A stretch of 64,000 nt of DNA from a virus (Duplodnaviria > Caudoviricetes): positions 4,227 through 68,226 of IMG/VR virus record IMGVR_UViG_3300020577_001581; one strand, written 5' to 3'. The notes beneath the pieces are model-generated. The model saw only the letters and a list, made by a program, of their open reading frames with translations. It did no database searches and was not told the origin of the DNA. How positions within the stretch are numbered: position 1 is the first letter of the stretch; each line of letters opens with the position of its first letter. This document shows positions 26,744-35,351 of this stretch, piece after piece. The translations under genes were made by a program, and so were the position numbers.

Positions 26744-27160
26744 ATGAAGTACGGTATCACTGATCTGGTGTCTCTGGTCATCTCTCTGGTCAAGCCAGTA
26801 ACCGAATTCCTGCAAGTGGAGCTAGGTAAGCAGAATCACCATAAGCAGCTGACACAAGAGGCACAACCTGTTACAATTACTGTAGTAGAAGAAATTCAGG
26901 TTAAACAAGAAATTACACAAGAACAGGAAATTTCAGTGAATACAATAGTTCATGCCGAACCTGAAAAGATTCAGACGTTCATTCAAACCGATAACCTAGA
27001 AAACGCCAAAGTCATCGATAGTTCCGACCTACCTAAATTAACAGTTAAGGTATTGAAAGATCTTTGTAAGGAACTGGAAATTCCAGTAACTACCAAACAT
27101 AAGAAGAAAGATATTATCGATATCCTCAAAGTCACAGCTGTATTTCCTCTCCTTGTCTAA
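26744..27160 (+). CDS. protein with C-terminal Rho-N/SAP/HeH-like nucleic-acid-binding motif
   Basis: LTVKVLKDLCKELEIP....K.DII..L. Confidence 0.65.
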   Translation: MKYGITDLVSLVISLVKPVTEFLQVELGKQNHHKQLTQEAQPVTITVVEEIQVKQEITQEQEISVNTIVHAEPEKIQTFIQTDNLENAKVIDSSDLPKLTVKVLKDLCKELEIPVTTKHKKKDIIDILKVTAVFPLLV

Positions 27161-27316
27161 TTCATCTCAGACGATAGTTAGGCTGGCCTAAAAGGTTAGC
27201 CTAACTTAATCATACCTAACTTAGTCTCGACTAATTGATGCCCAGCATGAAATGGACTATTTTACCCAACATGAAAAAGAATTCCCTGAATTCCGACAAT
27301 TCCAAGCTAGGTAGCG

Positions 27317-27344
27317 TTGACTCTGTCCTAAACCATGCTAAAAT
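27317..27344 (+). promoter_or_regulatory. early-type promoter
   Basis: TTGACT-N16-TAAAAT with TGn extended -10. Confidence 0.65.
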
Positions 27345-27385
27345 GATAATGTCGAAAACGAAACACACGAAACAAGGGAAATGAA

Positions 27386-27604
27386 ATGGCTGCTACGAAT
27401 ATCGCAATCAAACCGGTTTACGATCGCAAAAATAAGAGCTACAAAATCGAAGCTGAGTATAACATTCATTCGCTTGGTTATTACTGCTCAAACGGTTACA
27501 TGGTGTTTAATTGCGTTGAAACTGCTCTCAAGAGCATTGATACGTTAGGATGGAACGAAGCCAAAATGACAGCTGCTAAAGAATGGCTTAACAATCACCG
27601 ATAA
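27386..27604 (+). CDS. hypothetical protein
   Basis: Own promoter and terminator. Confidence 0.7.
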   Translation: MAATNIAIKPVYDRKNKSYKIEAEYNIHSLGYYCSNGYMVFNCVETALKSIDTLGWNEAKMTAAKEWLNNHR

Positions 27605-27616
27605 TTAAGCTGACAC

Positions 27617-27641
27617 AAAAGAGGGAAAATTTCCCTCTTTT
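27617..27641 (+). terminator. rho-independent terminator
   Basis: AAAAGAGGGAA/TTCCCTCTTTT. Confidence 0.7.
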
Positions 27642-27693
27642 ACTGAGTCAAATTATGTTCCAGCACGAAATATATTAAAACTAATTTCACCGG

Positions 27694-27721
27694 TTGAATC
27701 TTTCCGAATACCTGCTAGAAT
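27694..27721 (+). promoter_or_regulatory. early-type promoter
   Basis: TTGAAT-N16-TAGAAT with TGn extended -10. Confidence 0.6.
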
Positions 27722-27767
27722 CCTAATGTATTCAACGAACTACATCACAACTAACAAGGAATGAGCC

Positions 27768-28217
27768 ATGTTAAGCAAAGAATTCATAACAGCAGGCAAA
27801 GCAACTTTCACAATAGAGATTCCCGAAAGCTTACGTGATACTGAACACAAAGCGCATTACACGTCCCGAAGCACAAAAAAGGAAGCTAGCGAGCAATGCA
27901 AGGAATGCTATTTTGTTAGCATGCTGACAGGTAGCGATAACGAATCAGACTATACATATATGGGAATGTTAGATGCCGAATCAGGCAAGCTGATCCTAAC
28001 TAAGAAATCTGCATATCCGCAAGAGTCTTATCCCGTACGTCTTCTCTCCAGGACATTAGTACGAGTGTGGGCAAATGAGCAACAGGCAGTTATCACAGCA
28101 GGATTCAAACTTCACCATGAAGGTAGGTGTGGTCGTTGCAATCGCCTATTGACCACTCCGGAGAGCTGCGAAACAGGAATAGGACCGGAATGCCGGAAAC
28201 GATTATTGTCTGCCTAA
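27768..28217 (+). CDS. DUF6011-domain Zn-finger protein
   Basis: C-terminal GRCGRCNR.LT.PES...GIGPEC. Confidence 0.75.
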   Translation: MLSKEFITAGKATFTIEIPESLRDTEHKAHYTSRSTKKEASEQCKECYFVSMLTGSDNESDYTYMGMLDAESGKLILTKKSAYPQESYPVRLLSRTLVRVWANEQQAVITAGFKLHHEGRCGRCNRLLTTPESCETGIGPECRKRLLSA

Positions 28218-28288
28218 TGCGTTCCTAGATGCCTTAAAATGGATTCGGAAAAACTGGATCCATTTTGCCATTTTTCATAAAAATAATT

Positions 28289-28316
28289 TTGACTTCTAGC
28301 GAACTAGGTATATACT
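28289..28316 (+). promoter_or_regulatory. early-type promoter
   Basis: TTGACT-N16-TATACT. Confidence 0.7.
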
Positions 28317-28352
28317 TAGGGTGTAGTCGATCACCAAACAGGAGCAAGTAGG

Positions 28353-28541
28353 ATGAAGACATTTAACTATGTTGCCACGGAACAGAAGCCTAGCAAGGGA
28401 ACAATCGAAGCTAACTCACTAAAAGAAGCTTTTGAAAAACTCAAGCCGCGTCCATTCGAACTAGACAACGGTGCTTTTACTGTTGTAACTGATCCTGAAA
28501 CAGGTGAGAAGATGGAGATATACGGCAGTAACATAGTATAA
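28353..28541 (+). CDS. hypothetical protein
   Basis: Own promoter, SD and terminator. Confidence 0.7.
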   Translation: MKTFNYVATEQKPSKGTIEANSLKEAFEKLKPRPFELDNGAFTVVTDPETGEKMEIYGSNIV

Positions 28542-28554
28542 AAGAAAGTACTAT

Positions 28555-28586
28555 AATCCTCTCTAGACTTACTAGAGAGGATTTTT
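28555..28586 (+). terminator. rho-independent terminator
   Basis: AATCCTCTCTAG/CTAGAGAGGATT followed by T run. Confidence 0.7.
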
Positions 28587-28615
28587 CACGTGTACAAAAT
28601 CTAAGAAAGGTATAT

Positions 28616-28840
28616 ATGTTACCTGAAAATGTATCTGATCCTACTACATGTGATGTAGGCTGGGATAAAAAAGTATCAAGTGAATTAAGAAAACAAGGGT
28701 TAAATCAAGAACAGATAGGTGTAGTATTAGGAATATTGGTAGAGCATAGAGAAAAACGATATCAAATAGGTTATAGTTTTGGATTCGAAACAGGTTACAA
28801 TAAAGCAATAACAAAAACTCAAACAATCAATAAGGAGTAA
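28616..28840 (+). CDS. hypothetical protein
   Basis: AAAGG SD. Confidence 0.6.
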   Translation: MLPENVSDPTTCDVGWDKKVSSELRKQGLNQEQIGVVLGILVEHREKRYQIGYSFGFETGYNKAITKTQTINKE

Positions 28841-29031
28841 TTGTACTAGAGATACATCAAATTCCCTAGTTTTCTAGATGAATTTATAAGGTAGGAATAC
28901 GTCAACGAATAGCGGATATAGCTTGACTATGCATAACAAAAATGCATAGAATGAGCTAATTCCGTTATTCGTTTTGTAGTTTATTCATCAAAGATTTTTA
29001 GTAATATATTATCAAACTAGGATTTGAGTGT

Positions 29032-30600
29032 ATGAGTGAACCATTGCACATAATGTCATTACCAGCAAAAGATCCTTTGTTTTTAAAACGGTTATTATGG
29101 CCTGATGTAACATTTTACGATAAGCAAATCGAAATTATAAAAAGTGTGTATGATAATGATGAAACATATGTGCCTGCTGGTAATGAATTGGGTAAAGACT
29201 TCGTAGCAGGTTATATTGCTCTCAATACATTCTTATCTAGAACACCGTGTAGAGTAGTTACAACATCTGCTAAAGATGATCACCTTAGAGTGTTATGGGG
29301 AGAAATTAATAGGTTCATACAAACCAGTAAGTATCCATTAACTGCTGACAAAGGTGGACCTTTAATAGTAAACCATCAAGAGATCAAAAGAATAGATCAG
29401 AAGACAGGTGAATTAGATCCTATCTCTTATATTATTGGTATGGTTGCAGCTCCTGATAAGATGGCAGCTATGCAAGGCCACCATGCTAATCCTATGAGTA
29501 TAGAAGATAATGTAAAAGGAATGTGGTATACATTATTTATATCAGACGAATCTTCTAGTGTGCCTGATGATTATCTTAAGATGGCAGAAACATGGGCAAA
29601 GAGGAAGTTGATACTGGGTAACTGCTGGGAGTGTGACAACTTTTTTAAGAAAGGAGTAGAAGGAGGAGATGTAAAACGATTGTTTGGTGGTGGATACTCA
29701 AAAAAGATTATTAGGATTAAAGCAGAAGATAGTCCTAATGTTATAGTAAACCAAATGTTACAAGATAGAGGGTATGAACCTACAGATGAAGTAGTAGTAC
29801 CTGGAGTTAAGAAATATAGTAAGTATGTACAACAAAGAGCTGAATTAGATCCGATGGATGCAGCTGTAATATTGGATGCTACATTCTACGCAGGTAAAGA
29901 AGTTAAACTATTTTATAAGAAGATATTACAAGAGGCAGTACGTAGAAATAGAGAATTGAAACAACGTAAGAAAGCATTATCGTTAGGTTGTGATCCTGGA
30001 GAAGGTGGAGATAATACTTGTATATGTGTTGGAGATTTTGATGGTTTGATAAATATGCATTCTGAGAAAACACCAGATACAAGTGATATTGCAGATATAA
30101 TCATTACTATGGGAAATAGTTATAGTGTACCATCTGATAAGTGGTTGATAGATAGAGGTGGTGGCGGTAAACAGATATCAGATGCATTACGTAAAAGAGG
30201 ATACTATTGTAGAACTATAGGATTTGGCGAATCTGCTACACGTATTAATATGGGAAGGTTATCATTTCCCACCAGGGTTAATCAACATGAGGATAAGACG
30301 TATTACAAAAATAGACGCACACAAATGTATTTTGAAGCTAGAGAGATGTTAACAAGAGAACAGGGATACGGTATTCCAGAAGTTTATACTGAATTGATAA
30401 GACAGTTATCTCTTATTCCAAAACTGAGAGGTAGCGAAGGAGAAATGGCGATACCTCCTAAAAATAAAAGGAATGAGAAGGACAAAAGTAGGACACTTAT
30501 TGATATAATAGGTAATAGTCCTGATGAAGCTGATGCATTCGTACTTATGATTCATGGATTACTGCATGATGATTACGTTAAGGCTGGAGTACTCAAATGA
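29032..30600 (+). CDS. terL: terminase large subunit
   Basis: AGNELGKD Walker A-like, FISDES Walker B, LGCDPGEGGD RNase H-fold nuclease, SPDEADA. Confidence 0.85.
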   Translation: MSEPLHIMSLPAKDPLFLKRLLWPDVTFYDKQIEIIKSVYDNDETYVPAGNELGKDFVAGYIALNTFLSRTPCRVVTTSAKDDHLRVLWGEINRFIQTSKYPLTADKGGPLIVNHQEIKRIDQKTGELDPISYIIGMVAAPDKMAAMQGHHANPMSIEDNVKGMWYTLFISDESSSVPDDYLKMAETWAKRKLILGNCWECDNFFKKGVEGGDVKRLFGGGYSKKIIRIKAEDSPNVIVNQMLQDRGYEPTDEVVVPGVKKYSKYVQQRAELDPMDAAVILDATFYAGKEVKLFYKKILQEAVRRNRELKQRKKALSLGCDPGEGGDNTCICVGDFDGLINMHSEKTPDTSDIADIIITMGNSYSVPSDKWLIDRGGGGKQISDALRKRGYYCRTIGFGESATRINMGRLSFPTRVNQHEDKTYYKNRRTQMYFEAREMLTREQGYGIPEVYTELIRQLSLIPKLRGSEGEMAIPPKNKRNEKDKSRTLIDIIGNSPDEADAFVLMIHGLLHDDYVKAGVLK

Positions 30601-30719
30601 TAAGTATGTCTGATGAAGACTTTGAATTATGGGTGATTGGAATGTACATACTACTAACAATAAACATGATCAAAAATATAATTGAAGATAACGAACCATA
30701 AACCAGTAATGAGGAACGT

Positions 30720-31052
30720 ATGAAAAAGATTGCTACTATTCAATTAATTGGTTATACACCTAAAATATGTTTTAATGCTAACAAGGTAACGGTATTATCA
30801 GTTCAAACAATCAATAATATACCTTATGCTTTTATTATGCATGAGAATGAAGACTGGTTACCTTACCTTCTTGATAACGATTTAAAAATAAAACCTATCA
30901 AAACAATATTAGTACGATTTTACATCTGTCAAAATAACGATATTCTACCAGTAGATATTGATATGTATAAGTATTGTGGTACAATAACAAATATAGAAAA
31001 TAATGCAATTACTGCTTATCATGTATTTGTAACTCAACATGTTATCAAATAA
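30720..31052 (+). CDS. conserved phage protein (DUF7352-like)
   Basis: VLSVQ...R.....Y.GT......HVF pattern, recalled from memory. Confidence 0.45.
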   Translation: MKKIATIQLIGYTPKICFNANKVTVLSVQTINNIPYAFIMHENEDWLPYLLDNDLKIKPIKTILVRFYICQNNDILPVDIDMYKYCGTITNIENNAITAYHVFVTQHVIK

Positions 31053-31083
31053 CTAAACAAATGTATTAAACCAGGAGCATTGT

Positions 31084-31263
31084 ATGGATATCGTACACTA
31101 TATTTTCTTGTTTGCTATAGCAATCTTTTCTTATTTGTATTATGATAAATATAAAGAATGTGAATATTTAAAAGAAAGAAATAAAATATATAGTGATGCA
31201 TTAGATAAAATTGCTGAGCAAGAAACTGAACATGATGAACCAGGAACATCTTATGGAAAATGA
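31084..31263 (+). CDS. small membrane-anchored protein (59 aa, not in ORF track)
   Basis: CCAGGAG SD; MDIVHYIFLFAIAIFSYLYY hydrophobic start. Confidence 0.55.
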   Translation: MDIVHYIFLFAIAIFSYLYYDKYKECEYLKERNKIYSDALDKIAEQETEHDEPGTSYGK

Positions 31264-31483
31264 AACAACATATAAAGTATTAAGTTATCTACTAATAATA
31301 CTGTCTGGTATGTTAATTGTACTATACTACAATACGTCTGTAGAATGTACAAGATTAAATCGTATAGTTAGTATGCAAAAAGAAGCATTAGATAGTTTCT
31401 GGGTTAGTATGGATAATCTAAAAGAACTAACAATAGAACTACTAGCTAAAGAGAAGGAGAAAAATCATGCAAAAGAAATCTGA
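31211..31483 (+). CDS. membrane-anchored coiled-coil protein
   Basis: TM segment VLSYLLIILSGMLIVLYY; true start may be downstream. Confidence 0.55.
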   Translation: MLSKKLNMMNQEHLMENETTYKVLSYLLIILSGMLIVLYYNTSVECTRLNRIVSMQKEALDSFWVSMDNLKELTIELLAKEKEKNHAKEI

Positions 31484-31706
31484 TAAATTTAAACATAGGA
31501 AAGAATGTAAAGCCGGTTATAAAAGACGTCAACAATATAGAAAGCTTATTAATGCGATAGATCATATAGACTGGTCTATAAATTGGTGGAAACATAGTTT
31601 AGTTGATATGCCTAAATTTAAAATGAATGTATTATTTAAAGATTTAATAGATAAAGGGCCTGTAATTATAGAACCATCTAATGTAGTAATAGGTGAGATA
31701 AAATAA
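31467..31706 (+). CDS. basic hypothetical protein
   Basis: AAGGAG SD. Confidence 0.55.
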   Translation: MQKKSDKFKHRKECKAGYKRRQQYRKLINAIDHIDWSINWWKHSLVDMPKFKMNVLFKDLIDKGPVIIEPSNVVIGEIK

Positions 31707-31743
31707 TAGTACAATCATTTGAAACACTGGTTGGTACAGAAAA

Positions 31744-32001
31744 ATGAACTACATATTAAAACAATTTACTATTGCTAAAAAACATCATAGAGGTAAAATA
31801 ATACTATTCGATAATGGTGATTTCTTTGAATTGTTTAAAAGTGATGCAATAATAGTATCAAAGATACTTAATTTACCATTAACCGAACATAGTACAACAC
31901 AAATAGTAATGACCGGTTTTCCTAAATCAAAAGCAGAATATTATATGAAAAAACTATTACAAGGTAAACATAAGATAGCGATATATCAACTAAAGAAATA
32001 A
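31744..32001 (+). CDS. stand-alone MutS domain I (mismatch-recognition domain)
   Basis: K..H...IILF..GDFFELF..DA...SKIL.L.LT......M.GFP....E.Y..KLL....K.AI. Confidence 0.8.
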   Translation: MNYILKQFTIAKKHHRGKIILFDNGDFFELFKSDAIIVSKILNLPLTEHSTTQIVMTGFPKSKAEYYMKKLLQGKHKIAIYQLKK

Positions 32002-32039
32002 TAGTACAATCGGGCTATCAATCTTCCCCAGGATATATC

Positions 32040-32747
32040 ATGATAACATTTGGTTCATTATTTAGTGGTATAGGTGGATTAGATTTAGGTTTTGAGAGAG
32101 CAGGATTTAAATGTATTTTTCAAGTAGAAAAAAATCCGTATTGTAGAAAGATACTTAAAAAACACTGGCCTAATACTTTACAATTTAATGATGTTAAGAC
32201 TTTTTTAAAAGGAGATGATAATTGGAAAATCCAGATATCCTCATTGGAGGATTCCCCTGTCAAGACGTTTCAATGGCAGGAAAAAGAAAAGGTATTACAG
32301 GCGATAGATCTGGCTTGTGGAAAGAATTTTATAGGATCATTTGCACGATTAGACCAAAGTACATTGTTGTGGAAAACGTGCATGGCTTGTTGGTTTCAGA
32401 GAAAAAGACTAGGACACAAGCACCGATTGGAACAGTTCTTGCAGACATTTCCCAGTCAGGGTATGATGCGGAATGGTGTACTTTATCAGCGAAAGATGTG
32501 GGAGCAACCCACAAACGAGCAAGAATATTTATTATTGCCTACTCCAACATTGTCAGCAAGAGACTGGCGTTCGACCAGGTATTGCGAAAAGGTATGGAAA
32601 AGAAAAAATTACAGGCCATTAAACGAGTTTGTATACAAGATGACAAACAAAAGCCTTTATTCGAAGGTTTCGGCTTCTGGGGTATTAAATCCGAACTGGT
32701 GCCAATGGTATATGGGATTCCCCCCAAATTGGTTAAAAATCAAATAA
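32040..32747 (+). CDS. C5 cytosine methyltransferase polypeptide A (motifs I-III fused to TRD/motif IX)
   Basis: SLFSGIGG, VE, D at the N-terminus; LPTP..RD and LNPNWCQWYMGFP at the C-terminus. Confidence 0.75.
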   Translation: MITFGSLFSGIGGLDLGFERAGFKCIFQVEKNPYCRKILKKHWPNTLQFNDVKTFLKGDDNWKIQISSLEDSPVKTFQWQEKEKVLQAIDLACGKNFIGSFARLDQSTLLWKTCMACWFQRKRLGHKHRLEQFLQTFPSQGMMRNGVLYQRKMWEQPTNEQEYLLLPTPTLSARDWRSTRYCEKVWKRKNYRPLNEFVYKMTNKSLYSKVSASGVLNPNWCQWYMGFPPNWLKIK

Positions 32748-32851
32748 CAGCACTAGGAAACGCTGTTGTACCACAAGTAGCAGAAGTTATTGCAAACAGG
32801 TTAAAATATATCATAGAAATAGATAAGATGTATGAAAATAAGATAAAGTAG
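32222..32851 (+). CDS. C5 cytosine methyltransferase polypeptide B (motifs IV, VI, VIII, X), overlapping in the -1 frame
   Basis: GFPCQD, ENV, H.RARIF, LGNAVVP; AAGGAG SD 7 nt before TTG start. Confidence 0.8.
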   Translation: MENPDILIGGFPCQDVSMAGKRKGITGDRSGLWKEFYRIICTIRPKYIVVENVHGLLVSEKKTRTQAPIGTVLADISQSGYDAEWCTLSAKDVGATHKRARIFIIAYSNIVSKRLAFDQVLRKGMEKKKLQAIKRVCIQDDKQKPLFEGFGFWGIKSELVPMVYGIPPKLVKNQITALGNAVVPQVAEVIANRLKYIIEIDKMYENKIK

Positions 32852-32885
32852 TATTAAATCTTCCCCAGGAAATTATGAGGATATC

Positions 32886-33089
32886 ATGGAAAGACAAAAC
32901 ATTACAGACATACATAAATGTCCTAAATGTAATATAAAACTAACTACAACTTACAATGATTATCACTATAAAGTTCATTGTGGTATGTGTAAGTTTAAGG
33001 GACCGTCTGTAGGGAATAAGTATAAAGCTGTTATACTCTTTCATTATAAGATAGAACACTATACTATGGATTTTAGTGTGATACGATGA
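32886..33089 (+). CDS. Lar-like Zn-ribbon protein
   Basis: CPKC...V.C..C. Confidence 0.5.
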   Translation: MERQNITDIHKCPKCNIKLTTTYNDYHYKVHCGMCKFKGPSVGNKYKAVILFHYKIEHYTMDFSVIR

Positions 33090-33316
33090 GAGAACAATAT
33101 ATCTACGATAGTACTGTTATGGATGATATCATTTGTACGGATACAGGAGTTAAGATGTTACTGGTAACGTTATTCATTGTTGCATTAGCATTATGTGTTA
33201 TGTTGTATATTCTATTAGTTACTATGATAGGATTCTTTCTTTATATAAATAAACAAAATAATCAAACAAACGTTAATGAACCAGCACAACATAAAGATGA
33301 TGAAGTATGTCATTAG
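33086..33316 (+). CDS. small membrane protein
   Basis: Long hydrophobic stretch; ATGA overlap. Confidence 0.55.
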   Translation: MREQYIYDSTVMDDIICTDTGVKMLLVTLFIVALALCVMLYILLVTMIGFFLYINKQNNQTNVNEPAQHKDDEVCH

Positions 33317-33489
33317 ATGAACTAAAATTTGAGTACACTATAGCTAATATCTGTGTAGGATTATGTTATACATTATTGATATGTCAAGGATTATTAGGTA
33401 TGATATTCTTTATACTAATGATCAAACAAAATCTACGTAATAAACGTTATGAAAGACGTAATAATGTTAGAAAAAATAACTTGCCCTAA
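33307..33489 (+). CDS. small membrane protein
   Basis: Hydrophobic helix, basic tail. Confidence 0.5.
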   Translation: MSLDELKFEYTIANICVGLCYTLLICQGLLGMIFFILMIKQNLRNKRYERRNNVRKNNLP

Positions 33490-33649
33490 GTGTAATAGAG
33501 AGTACCAGGATATAGAAGATATTATAAAATGTAACATACGTTTATGTTATTGTGGTACTAAATTTACCTGGGTTAAACATTACATAACTAAACCTGTTAC
33601 ATATGATCAAACAAACACTACATCATTGTATGAAATGAAAGAACTATAA
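33449..33649 (+). CDS. Zn-ribbon protein
   Basis: CPKC...CYCG. Confidence 0.55.
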   Translation: MKDVIMLEKITCPKCNREYQDIEDIIKCNIRLCYCGTKFTWVKHYITKPVTYDQTNTTSLYEMKEL

Positions 33650-33650
33650 T

Positions 33651-33875
33651 ATGATGAAACAGCCTGCTTGTATTTGTGGTAATAGAGCACAAGTATATAA
33701 GAATAAAGAAAATCAATATTATGTACAATGTAATACATGTGGTAGAATTTCTGTCTGTAGAAATGAACTATCACAAGTATTATTTAGCTGGTATGATAAA
33801 CTAGCTAGTGAATATTCTCTTATGACAATTATAGAAATAGATGATAAATGTATTGAAGTTGTAAAAGATTCATGA
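33651..33875 (+). CDS. Lar-like Zn-ribbon protein
   Basis: C.CG...YYVQC..CG...W. Confidence 0.55.
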   Translation: MMKQPACICGNRAQVYKNKENQYYVQCNTCGRISVCRNELSQVLFSWYDKLASEYSLMTIIEIDDKCIEVVKDS

Positions 33876-33891
33876 TATAATAAGGATTAGT

Positions 33892-34122
33892 ATGAAAGAT
33901 GGACCAGACTGTTATTGTGGTAAGACTGCTACAATATGTACTAATTATGATGGAAATTATTACATAGAATGTTTTGAATGTAAAAAAAGAAGTAAATTAT
34001 ACTGTAGTACTTTATTAGCATTATCTGACTGGTATTTAGAACTTAGTAAATTACTTGCAGAAGATCATAAAACATACGTACAAACACTTATACTTAATGC
34101 ACATAAGAGTATAATAAAATGA
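33892..34122 (+). CDS. Lar-like Zn-ribbon protein, paralogue of the previous ORF
   Basis: C.CG...YYIEC..C...WY. Confidence 0.55.
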   Translation: MKDGPDCYCGKTATICTNYDGNYYIECFECKKRSKLYCSTLLALSDWYLELSKLLAEDHKTYVQTLILNAHKSIIK

Positions 34123-34319
34123 AAACTATGAATGCTCTGGGTAAGAAACTTGAACCTAGGAGAGATAGTGAACCTAAGCTGGTTCGATTTACGTATTGTC
34201 TAAATAAATTATTTAATGAAGACTTGATTACTCAAGCGGAATATGATAAAATAAAGGTACGAATGGAAAAAAAGTATACAGAATATACACCAGCTGTACG
34301 TAGGATGAAGCTAAAATGA
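34119..34319 (+). CDS. hypothetical protein
   Basis: ATGA-coupled; LITQAEYD.IK short-C-like motif. Confidence 0.55.
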   Translation: MKTMNALGKKLEPRRDSEPKLVRFTYCLNKLFNEDLITQAEYDKIKVRMEKKYTEYTPAVRRMKLK

Positions 34320-34579
34320 AATATTATAGATTTGATACATTTGTTAGTTTTAGTGAACTAGGTGAAGAAGGTGAACATGATATAGAAGATGTAGAATTAA
34401 ACCATGAAAATGCACAACCATTTGGAGAAGACTTTCCTACAGGTATACGTTTTCCAGACGAATATCGATACTATGTTCATTATGAAACTAAAGAAGCTGC
34501 TAAGAAAGCATTAATCAAATGGATACAAGATGTTATAGAAATATTTAACAAACGTATTAAAGAGATAGAAAAACTATGA
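34316..34579 (+). CDS. hypothetical protein
   Basis: ATGA-coupled. Confidence 0.6.
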   Translation: MKYYRFDTFVSFSELGEEGEHDIEDVELNHENAQPFGEDFPTGIRFPDEYRYYVHYETKEAAKKALIKWIQDVIEIFNKRIKEIEKL

Positions 34580-34842
34580 AAACATACTATGGATTTAAAG
34601 AAGATAGTAAAGAATTACATAAAGAACCTACACTATGTAGACAATTTGAAGATTCTGATGTAGAATATGTTTTCTATACAAAGTACGTAACTCGTTATCA
34701 TCCAGAATATGAAGGTTATATATGGTTTTTAAATGAACCTCAATGTATAATGAGATTAGTAGAATTACTTAAATCACGAAATAATGAAATAACAAAAAGA
34801 ATTGAACAATTAAAAGTTAATGGATTAATAATCGATGAATAA
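34576..34842 (+). CDS. hypothetical protein
   Basis: ATGA-coupled. Confidence 0.6.
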   Translation: MKTYYGFKEDSKELHKEPTLCRQFEDSDVEYVFYTKYVTRYHPEYEGYIWFLNEPQCIMRLVELLKSRNNEITKRIEQLKVNGLIIDE

Positions 34843-35113
34843 TCTACCTTTAATGTTAATGTTAATGAACCAGCAACAACAATTAGAACAAACTTGTACA
34901 TGTGGACATAAACCTCTAACAGTAGCCGGAGCAATTGTAGGAATACTTTTAGCATTTACTTTAGTTTATATTGTAATATCATTACTTAATACATTATTTT
35001 ATATTCAAGAAACAGAAAAGAAAGAACAAACTTTAAAAGGAATATGTAATAATTTCTTATGGCCACTAAATTTTATCAAACATATAATCGATGTAGCAAA
35101 ACAAAGTAAGTAA
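34835..35113 (+). CDS. membrane protein
   Basis: TM segment GAIVGILLAFTLVYIVISLL. Confidence 0.55.
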   Translation: MNNLPLMLMLMNQQQQLEQTCTCGHKPLTVAGAIVGILLAFTLVYIVISLLNTLFYIQETEKKEQTLKGICNNFLWPLNFIKHIIDVAKQSK

Positions 35114-35119
35114 GTATAA

Positions 35120-35203
35120 GCGGGATTGGTGGAACTGGCAGACACAATAGACTTAAAATCTATCGATCGTAAGATCATATGGGTTCAAATCCCATATCCC
35201 GCA
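35120..35203 (+). tRNA. tRNA-Leu (TAA)
   Basis: GCGGGAT/ATCCCGC acceptor; ATAGA-CT-TAA-AA-TCTAT; long variable arm; T-arm GGTTCAAATCC; no encoded CCA. Confidence 0.92.
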
Positions 35204-35351
35204 TTGTTAAATAGTCATGTCATTATCAAATCAGTGTAACAGGTACTAGATTTATGTACTTCCTTTCTGTACAATCATTACAAGAGATAATTGTTATTTG
35301 TATAGTGTTATGTTTATTCATACTAATGATTGTAGATGAAAGGATTTCCAA

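Noticed and set aside
32201-32207. HIV-like slippery heptamer T TTT TTA as a programmed -1 frameshift joining the two methyltransferase frames
   Set aside because: The -1 frame hits TGA TAA at 32216-32221 before the catalytic ORF begins, so slipping here would terminate; independent TTG initiation or an indel fits better
34175-34195. GGTTCGATT T-loop-like sequence
   Set aside because: Lies inside a CDS with no flanking T-stem or acceptor stem
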